Made by a program: the position numbers and the translations under genes. 64,000 nt of DNA from Reichenbachiella sp. (GTDB taxonomy: Bacteria; Bacteroidota; Bacteroidia; Cytophagales; Cyclobacteriaceae): positions 66,541 through 130,540 of the forward strand of contig JAGDZN010000011.1 in NCBI GenBank assembly GCA_049115835.1, written 5' to 3'. Below the pieces are notes generated by a model. That model saw only the letters and a program-made list of their open reading frames with translations. It did no database searches and was not told the origin of the DNA. Shown here piece by piece: positions 18,323 through 28,198 of the stretch (the stretch's first letter is position 1; each line of letters begins with the position of its first letter).

Positions 18323-19022
18323 TATATTTTTTCTGATATTGTTTTTGCTAATAGCTTGTCAAAAGAAACAAGATCTTTCAATCGGCAGTAGATACGGTCA
18401 GATAAGAGTGGCTCAAGACGACTACTTTCAATCTGTAATAGACAAGGGAATATCAAGATTGTCGGTAGATATTAATAATGAAGGAAGGTTAGACACTTCA
18501 GTTCGAAAACTTAATGATCTACAGGAATTAGTATCTGAATATCTTTTAATTGCCAAGAGCATAGCAAATAAAATTGAATACAGATTTGAAGGAGATATTG
18601 AAATACTCAGTTTAGTTGACGTGCCTGATTCAGCATTCATTACTATCGTCAAGCAATGCAATGATTGGTTAAGTGAAAATGATTCTGAAGTAAATCTAAC
18701 TATTGATAAATCAACAAAGGGTTGGTTGCTTAATGAATTGAAATTTAGGCAAACAGGTATGCAATTGTTGGTTAAAAAAATATCTGAATTCTATAACGAA
18801 AGGAATAATCCACACTTGGCTTTCAAGCAAGACAGTTCACTAGTGCATCGTGAAGTTTTTTATGTATTCAAACAAATAGAAATAAACGGTACTTTGGTTG
18901 ATCTTGATAGTGCTGGACTATTTAAACTTTCAGGAGACCAACCCTCTCAAATAATTATCAGAAAAGATGTACTCACGAAAAGCTTAGAAACCACAGAAGA
19001 TGTAGTATTTAACGTGGAATAA
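18279..19022 (+). CDS. Hypothetical lipoprotein
   Basis: Likely start ATG 18306 (MHFKNSIFF); lipobox LIA-C; helical N-half, beta C-half; overlaps the upstream gene. Confidence 0.6.
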   Translation: MINKNYNIDMHFKNSIFFLILFLLIACQKKQDLSIGSRYGQIRVAQDDYFQSVIDKGISRLSVDINNEGRLDTSVRKLNDLQELVSEYLLIAKSIANKIEYRFEGDIEILSLVDVPDSAFITIVKQCNDWLSENDSEVNLTIDKSTKGWLLNELKFRQTGMQLLVKKISEFYNERNNPHLAFKQDSSLVHREVFYVFKQIEINGTLVDLDSAGLFKLSGDQPSQIIIRKDVLTKSLETTEDVVFNVE

Positions 19023-19093
19023 TCTGCCAGTTCATTTTTCTTGCTTCTAATTCTCTTTATTTAATTACTATTACTGAATAAACACTACTTATT

Positions 19094-20032
19094 ATGATCA
19101 TTGGCTATTCAAAAAATCCATTTCGTCAATTCGCCGGAGTATTGTACAACAACAGAAGAGGATTCTTATTCTTCACTATTTGTGCCCTAATCCCTTGCGT
19201 ATTAAATGTTGAATTAGGATTAAAACAAATAAGCTTGCCTGGTATGCCAGTTACATTATTAGGAGGTGCACTTGCTATTTTCTTAGGTTTTAGAAACAGT
19301 TCTGCTTATGATCGATGGTGGGAGGCACGTAAAGTATGGGGGGAAATTGTTAACAACAGTAGAATGTTCGGTGTACAAGTACTCACCTATTCGGATAGCA
19401 AAGAAAAAGATAAAGTAGAACTGGAAAAATGGAGAAAAGAAATCATATATCGTCATATTGCATGGGTCAATGCCCTCAAGCTGGCTCTAAGACGACAATT
19501 GCATAATGTCAAAAGGAATCCTTGGCTCACCAGCGACGACAAAAAGCAACTAAAATCAAAAAGCAATATCCCCGCTCAAATTTTAGCTATCCAAGGCCAA
19601 CAAATCAAATACGCTTTTGACCACAAATGGATTGAAGATTTTAGACAATATGAATTGATGCATTCCATCCAAAATTTTTATGATAGCGAAGGGAAATGTG
19701 AAAGAATCAAAAACACAGTCTTTCCTTTTTACTTCAATTATTTTACTCGAATCTTTTTATGGATTTTCGTGATTTGTCTGCCGTTTGCGTTAGTAGATAT
19801 CATGGGATGGATGAGCATTCCAATGAGTATCGCCATTTCTTTTGTATTCACAATTTTGGATAAATCTGGATTGCTTACCGAAGAACCATTCCGAGGAATT
19901 GCTGCTGATACGCCATTAGATACAATAGCTCGGGGAATAGAAATTGATCTTCGAGAAATGATTAATGATGAAGACATTCCTGGGCCCATTCCTGTGACAA
20001 TTGGAAGATTTGGCGTACGATATCGAAAATAA
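19094..20032 (+). CDS. Bestrophin-family ion channel
   Basis: LAIFLGFRNSSAYDRWWEARKVWGEIVN, CERIKNTVFP, EEPF motif. Confidence 0.9.
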   Translation: MIIGYSKNPFRQFAGVLYNNRRGFLFFTICALIPCVLNVELGLKQISLPGMPVTLLGGALAIFLGFRNSSAYDRWWEARKVWGEIVNNSRMFGVQVLTYSDSKEKDKVELEKWRKEIIYRHIAWVNALKLALRRQLHNVKRNPWLTSDDKKQLKSKSNIPAQILAIQGQQIKYAFDHKWIEDFRQYELMHSIQNFYDSEGKCERIKNTVFPFYFNYFTRIFLWIFVICLPFALVDIMGWMSIPMSIAISFVFTILDKSGLLTEEPFRGIAADTPLDTIARGIEIDLREMINDEDIPGPIPVTIGRFGVRYRK

Positions 20033-20143
20033 GACAGAATTGGTTAACAGAACCCCCTCTATTTTTAAATAACACCCCTTTTTATCTACAAATTACAACT
20101 GCTCGGTACGCCGCTAGTTATCTAAGTTTACAATCCCTTTAAA

Positions 20144-22429
20144 TTGAACAACAGGATATTAGCGATGAATAAACGTAATGAACTTTTTAAATCTTTTGGA
20201 CAATCGGTCTCAAAACTCACAATGCATGCCTTATTATGTTTATTGCTTTCATGTACTTTGACTTACGCACAACAACAAATTGAAGTCAAAGTATCTCCAA
20301 CTATTGATGTCTCAATCAACGGTGAATTAGAGCTAGATCGATCGAAATATTTTAACCTTGCCAGTTCTTCAAGTGAGATCGCCAAATACCTTAAGGAGGA
20401 GAGTAAAGTATCGGAGTATATAGATGATCTTGAAATGAGTGTGGGGCGTCAACTAGGTATGGTTTACAGTGAAACGAGATGGGGAAAAGGGCTAAAAGAA
20501 GATCCGCAAAGGCCTGGTTATATGGATACCGACTACTTTATTTCTCAGATGTCGCCAAATGACGAAAACTTAGCTCCCTATAAAGCTGCTTTTGGTACAC
20601 GGCAAGGATTAGTAACACATGACAGACATACGGCTTTCCCGGATTTCATGGAAACGTATACTAAACCTGATGAAGAAGACGAAACGTATCCGACCAATAA
20701 CGATGCGGCTGCAGAGGTTGTCGCTCATATTTTGAAGTATAAATATTCAGATTTTCAAAGACCTTCATTCTTTGAACTAGTCAATGAACCACATTGGAAA
20801 TTTTGGGATGACCCTCTATTTGCAGAGTTTCATGTGGCCACGAAAAATAAGGTAGAAGAAATGCAAATTGATACTGAAGTAGGAGGACCTTGCTACTCTG
20901 TTTCCTACTTTTATAAGGATCAGTTCAAGACGCTAAATCAAATAACTAAGTTTATAGACGCCACAAATTTTGATTTAGATTTCTATTCGTTTCATACCTA
21001 TGATTACATGCATTGGGATGATGGAGAAGCTAACTTCAAAGGAGCTGTTTCATCAGGATTGCCACTTGAAAGCGTAATGGATGCATTGGCGTCGTATACC
21101 TACAATACCTATGGCAAAGAATTGACCTATGTCGGCAGTGAACATGGAGGATATATTTCAAATGTGACAAATCGAAATTTTGCCTTGGATAAATTGGCTG
21201 ATCAATATTTTCCTGGCGAAGGATTCGACTTTGAAATGGAGAAGAGGGCGATTGATAATTTCATCATGGTGAATAGTGCCATTGCCAACACGCTGACATT
21301 TATGAACCACCCGCATATTGTTAAAAAATCGGTTCCTTTTATTTTGATTCAATCTGCAAATTGGGACCCATATTATTATTCAAGTTTATTAGTCAAAGAA
21401 AATTTTGATATGAACAGCAATGTATGGGCAGAATCTAGGCTCATCGATTATTATAAGTTTTTTGCTAACGTTAGAGGTAGACGGATTGAATCTTTCACAA
21501 AAGATACCGACATACAACATATGTCATTTGTTAATGGCAAAACATTGGCTATGGTCTTTCACAACCAAAGCGATATTGAAGGGACATTGAATATCGATAT
21601 TGATGATATTAGCAATCCAATAGCTGAAATTAAAGTCAGAAAACTAGAAAGGAAAGCAGATTTTAGACCTGACTTCAAAGAACAATTAGTTGCCTCTGTT
21701 GACGAGTTGAATATAGGCGCACAAGGATCGATGGTCGTTTTTGTTACCTATGAAAACGAAATAGTTAAATCTGACGATGTAAACGAAGTGGTACATTATT
21801 ATGCTGGAAAATCTAATATTATCACAGGTTCAAAACTTTACAGTGTTGAAATTCCTGATCATAAAAAAGCTAAATATGGAATACTTAGAGTCGGAGTAAG
21901 CAGAAAAGGAACTTCTAAAGAAATGAAAACAACTTTGAATGGATGGCCGCTAGAGGTTCCAATTGAAGACTGTGCGGATAGAATTACTAATAGCGACGAT
22001 GATTATTCAACCACCAAAATCATCAAAGTAGATGGGAAATATTTGACTCACCAAAATAAAATAGAAGTGACCTTTCCTGATGGAAAAAGTGGAGGAATAG
22101 GATCTGTGGCTATTAGAGCTGCGCTCATGGATACGAATCGTGAAGAAGAATTCGTTGGCGAGTATGTGGGCGAACCTGTTCTCAATGCAAATGACATAGC
22201 AAACAGCATTTTAGACGTGTACCCTAATCCAGCAGAAAATCAATTAAATGTGAGAATAAAAAATTCAACCCAACTTCACATATTCAATATTCTTGGAGAG
22301 AATGTTCAATCATTGAATATCTCCGATGGTATAAACAGATTAGACATTAGCTCTTTTGCAAAAGGTCAATATATTCTTCAACTATTGAATGAAGAAGAAC
22401 TCCACACCAGAAAAGTCATTATTAAATAA
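20144..22429 (+). CDS. GH86-like beta-agarase/porphyranase with T9SS C-terminal sorting domain
   Basis: Clan GH-A acid/base NEP (ELVNEPHW) and nucleophile SEHG; C-terminal VYPNPAENQLNV...GQYILQL...KVIIK. Confidence 0.7.
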   Translation: MNNRILAMNKRNELFKSFGQSVSKLTMHALLCLLLSCTLTYAQQQIEVKVSPTIDVSINGELELDRSKYFNLASSSSEIAKYLKEESKVSEYIDDLEMSVGRQLGMVYSETRWGKGLKEDPQRPGYMDTDYFISQMSPNDENLAPYKAAFGTRQGLVTHDRHTAFPDFMETYTKPDEEDETYPTNNDAAAEVVAHILKYKYSDFQRPSFFELVNEPHWKFWDDPLFAEFHVATKNKVEEMQIDTEVGGPCYSVSYFYKDQFKTLNQITKFIDATNFDLDFYSFHTYDYMHWDDGEANFKGAVSSGLPLESVMDALASYTYNTYGKELTYVGSEHGGYISNVTNRNFALDKLADQYFPGEGFDFEMEKRAIDNFIMVNSAIANTLTFMNHPHIVKKSVPFILIQSANWDPYYYSSLLVKENFDMNSNVWAESRLIDYYKFFANVRGRRIESFTKDTDIQHMSFVNGKTLAMVFHNQSDIEGTLNIDIDDISNPIAEIKVRKLERKADFRPDFKEQLVASVDELNIGAQGSMVVFVTYENEIVKSDDVNEVVHYYAGKSNIITGSKLYSVEIPDHKKAKYGILRVGVSRKGTSKEMKTTLNGWPLEVPIEDCADRITNSDDDYSTTKIIKVDGKYLTHQNKIEVTFPDGKSGGIGSVAIRAALMDTNREEEFVGEYVGEPVLNANDIANSILDVYPNPAENQLNVRIKNSTQLHIFNILGENVQSLNISDGINRLDISSFAKGQYILQLLNEEELHTRKVIIK

Positions 22430-22500
22430 TTAGAACGTTAAAAGAAGTATTTTTTAATATCTGTAAGGCAATAGACATCAAATAAATGGAGTAATAATGT

Positions 22501-23553
22501 TTACTTATTCCTCCTTTCCATCTCAATCATCCATTGCTTTCGCCAAATGCCTCCGCCGTACCCTGTCATTTGACCGTCTGATCCTATGACGCGATGACAT
22601 GGAATTAAGATGGCAATTCGGTTATCTCCGTTAGCTGTGGCCACCGCACGGATTGCTTTGAGGTTGCCAATGGCCATGGCTTGTTCTTTGTAAGATCTTG
22701 TTTTCCCGTAGGGTATTCCTTGTAATACTTTCCAAACCGATTGTTGAAATTCAGTGCCCGGAGTGACCAAAGGCACTGTAAAATCTTTTCGTTTTCCTTC
22801 AAAATATTCATTGAGCTCAAAAGTCAATAGTTCGAAGAATGCTGATTCTCCGGGAAGGAGTTCTGCTTTGAGATATTTTTTGAGTCTAGAAATTTGCGTT
22901 TCGATCATGCGTCGATCTGTAAACTCTAAAAGACATACCCCGTCTTCTGTAGCCCCAGCAAGCATCGGGCCCAGAGGAGTCGGAATTCTAGTTATGGAGA
23001 TGACATTATTGTATTTGCTTTCTTTGGGAGTGAATCCAGTAGAACTTTTGAAAGCATCGACAAAAGCACTAATAGATTCAAAACCATTCTCATAGGCCGA
23101 TTTGATCACTTGATCACCTTCTCTGATTTGACCAAAGGCGTTGTTGATGCGAAGAGATCGAAGGTAGGCCTGAAATGTCATGCCGTGATTCTTCTTGAAC
23201 CAGCGCCTCACCCGGGCTGGGTCAAGACCTTTTTGTTTTAAAGCATAATCATTGACTTTTTTTGTAGGGTCTACCTTTACTTCTTCAAGCAATGCACCTA
23301 ACCAAATTGGTGTTTCCCCTTTCTGAGACATGGGTTCACACACTTTGCATGGACGATATCCATTGTTCAAAGCTTCCTTGGTTGTACCAAAATATTCAAC
23401 ATTTTCCACTTTAGGCTTTCTGGCCGTACAAGTTGGACGGCAAAATATTCCTGTGGTCTTTATAGCCGCAAAAAAGACTCCCTCAAATGAGGAATCCTTG
23501 TGGACCAATGCTTGATACATTGTATGTTCGTCAGGAAGAAGTGACAGCTGCAT
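22501..23553 (-). CDS. ada: Bifunctional Ada transcriptional activator / O6-methylguanine-DNA methyltransferase
   Basis: Zn-binding FCRPTC...RPCKVC, AraC HTH, active site IPCHRVIG. Confidence 0.93.
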   Translation of the reverse strand: MQLSLLPDEHTMYQALVHKDSSFEGVFFAAIKTTGIFCRPTCTARKPKVENVEYFGTTKEALNNGYRPCKVCEPMSQKGETPIWLGALLEEVKVDPTKKVNDYALKQKGLDPARVRRWFKKNHGMTFQAYLRSLRINNAFGQIREGDQVIKSAYENGFESISAFVDAFKSSTGFTPKESKYNNVISITRIPTPLGPMLAGATEDGVCLLEFTDRRMIETQISRLKKYLKAELLPGESAFFELLTFELNEYFEGKRKDFTVPLVTPGTEFQQSVWKVLQGIPYGKTRSYKEQAMAIGNLKAIRAVATANGDNRIAILIPCHRVIGSDGQMTGYGGGIWRKQWMIEMERRNK

Positions 23554-23631
23554 GTTTTACAAATTACGAATAATTTGATAAAACTAGCCTATGTGATTTT
23601 TTGATTCAACCGAAAAATGAACAAGTATATT

Positions 23632-23736
23632 TTAAGCTAATAACCCTACTATTCCTAAAGAGACACCAACGACAATGGTCAATAAACCGACCATATAGAT
23701 TACAGTGTCTTTGATGATATTAATATTTCGTTTCAT
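23632..23736 (-). CDS. Unannotated 34-aa single-pass membrane peptide (MKRNINIIKDTVIYMVGLLTIVVGVSLGIVGLLA)
   Basis: ATG at 23736, TAA at 23632-23634, basic N-terminus followed by ~20 hydrophobic residues; below the ORF-track length cutoff. Confidence 0.55.
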   Translation of the reverse strand: MKRNINIIKDTVIYMVGLLTIVVGVSLGIVGLLA

Positions 23737-23772
23737 GACTATTGGTTTTATGTTTTCATAATTCTGGTTGGC

Positions 23773-23797
23773 AAAAGGGGAGAGCGTCACCCTCCCC
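23773..23797 (-). terminator. Probable intrinsic terminator after mddA
   Basis: 7-bp stem aggggag/ctcccct with 4 U on the minus strand. Confidence 0.55.
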
Positions 23798-23812
23798 TAA
23801 ACCAATCAGTCA

Positions 23813-24586
23813 CTAAGCATTTGACTGCTCATGAATAGATTCCGTAGTAATATCCTTTTTTGATATTTTGGGGAAAATTTTACCCGTTCTTCCCATATAC
23901 GCTCGGTATTTATCTCCCCAAGCATTTAATAAATCTTTCTCTTCAAGACCGATAGCATAGAAAATATAGGCTGTCCACAATCCTGCCAAAAAGAAATGAG
24001 AAACTGTCATATGAGGCGTAAACCACATCCCCATCATGATACCCGAATAAATAGGGTGACGAATTGATTTATAAAAAGCTCTTTCTTTAAATACCAATGG
24101 TGTATAAGGCTTCTTGATCAAATTCAAATAGACTTGACGCAAACCGAAAAGGTCAAAATGATTGATCAAAAAAGTAGCCAGCAATAAAATCGTCCAGCCT
24201 AAAAAGAACATGCCATAAATCAGAATAAAGAAAGGCGAAGAATCAGAAATCTTCCATATTTCACCTCCCATTGGTTCCCAGAAATACATCAGGGATGACA
24301 ATGCAATAAACGTAAAAAGCACATAGGTACTTCTTTCAATAGGTTCCGGAACAATTTTGGTCCAAGATGCTTTAAACTTAGGCCTAGCCATGACACTATG
24401 CTGCAATGCAAAAAGCAAAATCAATCCTACATTAGTAATAACTGCTTGCCAAAGCGGGGCTTGAACTGCTCCATCAATGGTAATAGGAACAATCAAATCC
24501 CCTAGAAAAAGGATTAAATAAACAAGTGTCCCAACTCCCAATGCGTACGACACAACTCCATAAATAAAAAATAATACACGTTTCAT
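23813..24586 (-). CDS. mddA: Methanethiol S-methyltransferase (MddA/NnrU-ICMT family membrane methyltransferase)
   Basis: LFALQHSVMARPKFK, IERSTYVL, NHFDLFGLRQV, IRHPIYSG, EEKDL motifs in a multi-pass membrane protein. Confidence 0.8.
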   Translation of the reverse strand: MKRVLFFIYGVVSYALGVGTLVYLILFLGDLIVPITIDGAVQAPLWQAVITNVGLILLFALQHSVMARPKFKASWTKIVPEPIERSTYVLFTFIALSSLMYFWEPMGGEIWKISDSSPFFILIYGMFFLGWTILLLATFLINHFDLFGLRQVYLNLIKKPYTPLVFKERAFYKSIRHPIYSGIMMGMWFTPHMTVSHFFLAGLWTAYIFYAIGLEEKDLLNAWGDKYRAYMGRTGKIFPKISKKDITTESIHEQSNA

Positions 24587-24800
24587 TTCAAATGATTGGT
24601 TAGTGAATAAATCGTTTAAGTTGTTTTCTCAAAAAACATATACAAATGAACGCTCTAACCAATTCAAAGCCTGAAATCCAAGGTGTACAAGAGGTGAACA
24701 AATAGATAAAAATTGATTTTATCAAAATCAATTGGGCATTGGCGGAAGTCGAGATTTTGAATTACTTTTAATTAAGACAACGTGATTAAATGATAAGATT

Positions 24801-26171
24801 ATGACCAAGCATCTAAGCCTTGAAGAACGTGCACACAAAGAGACTGTACAATTTATGCGTGGATTGAAAAAGAGAAACCCTGGAGAACCAGAGTTTCATC
24901 AAGCAGTGCAAGAAGTGGTAGAAACCCTAATGCCATTTGTATTGGAAAATCCGAAGTACAAAGAATCTCAAATCCTGGAACGGATGACAGAGCCAGATCG
25001 TATTATCATATTTCGTGTCACATGGGAAGACGATGAAGGTAACTATAGAGCCAACCGTGCTTGGAGAGTTCAATTCAACAATTCCATTGGACCCTATAAA
25101 GGAGGAATGCGTTTTCACCCTTCTGTGACACAAAGTGTCTTAAAATTTCTGGGCTTTGAACAAACTTTTAAAAACAGCCTTACCACACTACCAATGGGTG
25201 GAGCAAAGGGTGGATCCAATTTCAATCCTAAAGGAAAAAGTGATCGAGAGGTTATGCGGTTTTGTCATTCATTGATGATCGAACTTCACCGACATATTGG
25301 AGAAGATACTGATATTCCTGCAGGCGATATCGGGGTAGGCGCTAGGGAAATCAGTTATATGTTTGGGCAATACAAAAGACTATCGAACAAATTTACCGGC
25401 ACCATTACTGGAAAGGGCTTGGCCTATGGCGGTAGTTTGATTCGAACGGAAGCCACTGGCTATGGATGTATCTATTTTACCAAGCACATGCTTGAGTCTA
25501 AAGGTGATGATTTCAAAAACAAGATTGCCGTTGTATCAGGTTCTGGTAACGTAGCATTACACGCTGTTGAAAAGTTGATTCATTTAGGGGCAAAACCTGT
25601 AACGCTGTCCGATTCCTCTGGATTTATTTATGACAAAAATGGAATTACGCAGGAAAAACTAGATTGGACAAAAGACCTTAAGATTAATCGAAGAGGTCGT
25701 ATCGCTGAATATGCAGAAAAATTTGATTGTGAATTCCATGAAGGAGAAAGGCCATGGATTATACCTTGCCAATTAGCATTCCCTTGCGCCACACAAAATG
25801 AAATCAATCTAGAAGAAGCGCAAACACTGATCAAGAATGGAGTGATCGCAGTAGCTGAAGGCGCCAATATGCCCACTGAATTGGATGGCGCTCGTGCTTT
25901 CCAAGAAGCGAAAATACTCTACGGTCCGGCTAAGGCATCCAACGCAGGTGGAGTTGCCGTTTCAGGATTGGAACAAAGTCAAAATTCACTTCGCCTTTCT
26001 TGGACCAGCGAAGAGGTGGATCACAAACTCAAAGATATCATGGAGAGTATCCATGAGCAATGTGTCAAATATGGCAAGGAACCTGATGGTTTTGTCAACT
26101 ATGTAAAAGGTTCAAATATCGCTGGATTCGTGAAAGTAGCGGATGCGATGATTTCATATGGTGCTGTTTAA
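24801..26171 (+). CDS. gdhA: NADP-specific glutamate dehydrogenase
   Basis: GPYKGGMRFHP, PMGGAKGG, DIPAGDIGVG, EATGYG, KASNAGGVAVSGLE. Confidence 0.96.
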   Translation: MTKHLSLEERAHKETVQFMRGLKKRNPGEPEFHQAVQEVVETLMPFVLENPKYKESQILERMTEPDRIIIFRVTWEDDEGNYRANRAWRVQFNNSIGPYKGGMRFHPSVTQSVLKFLGFEQTFKNSLTTLPMGGAKGGSNFNPKGKSDREVMRFCHSLMIELHRHIGEDTDIPAGDIGVGAREISYMFGQYKRLSNKFTGTITGKGLAYGGSLIRTEATGYGCIYFTKHMLESKGDDFKNKIAVVSGSGNVALHAVEKLIHLGAKPVTLSDSSGFIYDKNGITQEKLDWTKDLKINRRGRIAEYAEKFDCEFHEGERPWIIPCQLAFPCATQNEINLEEAQTLIKNGVIAVAEGANMPTELDGARAFQEAKILYGPAKASNAGGVAVSGLEQSQNSLRLSWTSEEVDHKLKDIMESIHEQCVKYGKEPDGFVNYVKGSNIAGFVKVADAMISYGAV

Positions 26172-26186
26172 CATTAAAAAAGATAA

Positions 26187-26789
26187 ATGGCAACACTAAA
26201 ATATAACGGAAAACACAATAGCGGGACATTCGCAATAGGTCAGGTCTTTTTTGCTATCATAGGTATCGGTGCCTTATTTGCTTTTTTCTCATTAGCTGAT
26301 TTTGACGATATAGGAGATTATGGATGGGAATTGTTTTTCATTTTTTTGATGGGCGCTTCTACCCTCTATGGCATTTTTAGAAAAAAGGCCAAGACAGTAG
26401 AAATGAATATTTCCGTCCATGAAGAAGGCATTCAATTGTTGCAAATTGGAAAAATACCTTTCGACCAAGTTCACTTAGATATATATGCTGATAAAACAAC
26501 TTTTTATCGATATCACCTTTGGGATGATGCCGGAAAATTGGCGATCTATGCTATATATAATGATGAATTAGTCGACGTTTTATCAAAAAAACCAATTCAT
26601 AAAAGGGAATTTATTGAGTTTGGTTCTGAATCTAATGAAGAAGACATTTCGGTGGAATGTGAAGGGAATCATTCATTGGCATATGATTTAGATTCTGGCT
26701 CCTATACTTTTTGGGAAGGAGACAAATCCTCAGACACCATCATACCAGAATATGTAATCTGGGATCCAAAATTTCAATTAGTTACTTAA
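26187..26789 (+). CDS. Hypothetical membrane protein
   Basis: Two N-terminal hydrophobic helices followed by a soluble domain; 15 nt after gdhA. Confidence 0.6.
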   Translation: MATLKYNGKHNSGTFAIGQVFFAIIGIGALFAFFSLADFDDIGDYGWELFFIFLMGASTLYGIFRKKAKTVEMNISVHEEGIQLLQIGKIPFDQVHLDIYADKTTFYRYHLWDDAGKLAIYAIYNDELVDVLSKKPIHKREFIEFGSESNEEDISVECEGNHSLAYDLDSGSYTFWEGDKSSDTIIPEYVIWDPKFQLVT

Positions 26790-26857
26790 TATAATGCTCT
26801 TCCCAACGAACAGGGGAATGGATTGAGTATCTTATCAACCGATAACATTCTATCAAT

Positions 26858-28165
26858 TTGCACCCAAAAAAATATATCTCCATGAAACAATTTTTATTCG
26901 CTTTTTTAGCCTTCATTTCTGTTACAAATATTCAAGCTCAATCGATATTGATTAAGGCAGAAGCTTATTTGGATGTCAGATCAGGAAAAATAATCCAACC
27001 AGCAAACATCCTAATAGAAGGTGATTTAATTAAAGGTATCAACCTGAAATCCATTCCAGAAGACACGGATACCATAGATCTTTCAAATAAAATTTTACTA
27101 CCAGGAATGATGGATATGCATGTTCATTTGGACATGAACTTTGAAAAAAACTATCAATTTAAGATGGTCACAGACAATGCTAGTAAAACAGCTTTGAGAG
27201 GTGCCCAAAATGCTAAAAAAACTTTGTTAGGAGGTTTTACCACCGTTCGAAACATTGGTCAGACGCACCCGACCATAGAGTTGTTAAATGTGTCATTGGC
27301 AGAGGCTACAGATAATGGATGGATCACGGGCCCTAGAATCATCGCATGTGGTCACATGATTGGAATAACTGGTGGACATGCTGATCCATCTATGATGTCT
27401 GGTCTAGCAGAAGAGGTCTTGGTATCTGGCCCAAAGTATGGCATAGCGGATGGGACTGATGAATTTCTAAAAGCAACACGTTATCAAATCAAACATGGTG
27501 CAAAAGGTATTAAAATCATGGCGACTGCCGGTGTTTTATCATTAGAAGAATCTATTGGCGCGCAACAAATGACAAGCGAAGAAATGGAAACAGTTGTCGC
27601 CGAAGCTAACAGACATGGAATTACTGTAGGTGCTCATGCACATGGAACGGAAGGAATAATGTCGGCAGTAAAAGCTGGTGTCACTTCTATTGAACATGGG
27701 TCTCTACTGAACAAAGAAGTAATTGATCTAATGATTGAAAAAGGTACGTTTTTAGTCCCTACAACAGGGATATTCAATTTTATTCCTGAGAGTTATGATA
27801 AAATGAAACCAATTCTGGTGAAAAAAGCGAAGACTATCATTCCGGAGGCAATAAAAAGTCATGAAAAGGCGGTTAAAGCAGGAGTTAAAATAGCTTTAGG
27901 CACTGATGCACCTTTGATCCCTCATGGTAGAAATGCTACAGAACTATCAGCTATGATGGACAGAGGCATGACAGCAATAGATGCGATAAGAGCGGCTACT
28001 ATCAACCCATCTGAAATGTTAGATCTCAAGGACCGAGGAGAAATAAAAGAAGGGCTGTTAGCAGATATCATTGCCGTTGAGTCCAACCCTCTTAAAAACA
28101 TTAAAGTCTTAGAAGATGTAAAGTTTGTAATGAAAGGTGGTCAAGTTTATAAGCTTGAAAATTAG
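26858..28165 (+). CDS. Secreted amidohydrolase (Xaa-Pro dipeptidase-like)
   Basis: PGMMDMHVH, KIMATAG, AHAHG, SIEHG, GTDA metal ligands; likely ATG 26882 with signal peptide. Confidence 0.88.
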   Translation: MHPKKYISMKQFLFAFLAFISVTNIQAQSILIKAEAYLDVRSGKIIQPANILIEGDLIKGINLKSIPEDTDTIDLSNKILLPGMMDMHVHLDMNFEKNYQFKMVTDNASKTALRGAQNAKKTLLGGFTTVRNIGQTHPTIELLNVSLAEATDNGWITGPRIIACGHMIGITGGHADPSMMSGLAEEVLVSGPKYGIADGTDEFLKATRYQIKHGAKGIKIMATAGVLSLEESIGAQQMTSEEMETVVAEANRHGITVGAHAHGTEGIMSAVKAGVTSIEHGSLLNKEVIDLMIEKGTFLVPTTGIFNFIPESYDKMKPILVKKAKTIIPEAIKSHEKAVKAGVKIALGTDAPLIPHGRNATELSAMMDRGMTAIDAIRAATINPSEMLDLKDRGEIKEGLLADIIAVESNPLKNIKVLEDVKFVMKGGQVYKLEN

Positions 28166-28198
28166 TTCCTAGTTTTATTATAATTCAAAAAACCCTCT

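Noticed and set aside
22501-24586. Functional link between ada (alkylation response) and mddA (S-methylation)
   Set aside because: Only adjacency supports it; a terminator-like hairpin and a small ORF separate them, and I see no shared regulatory motif
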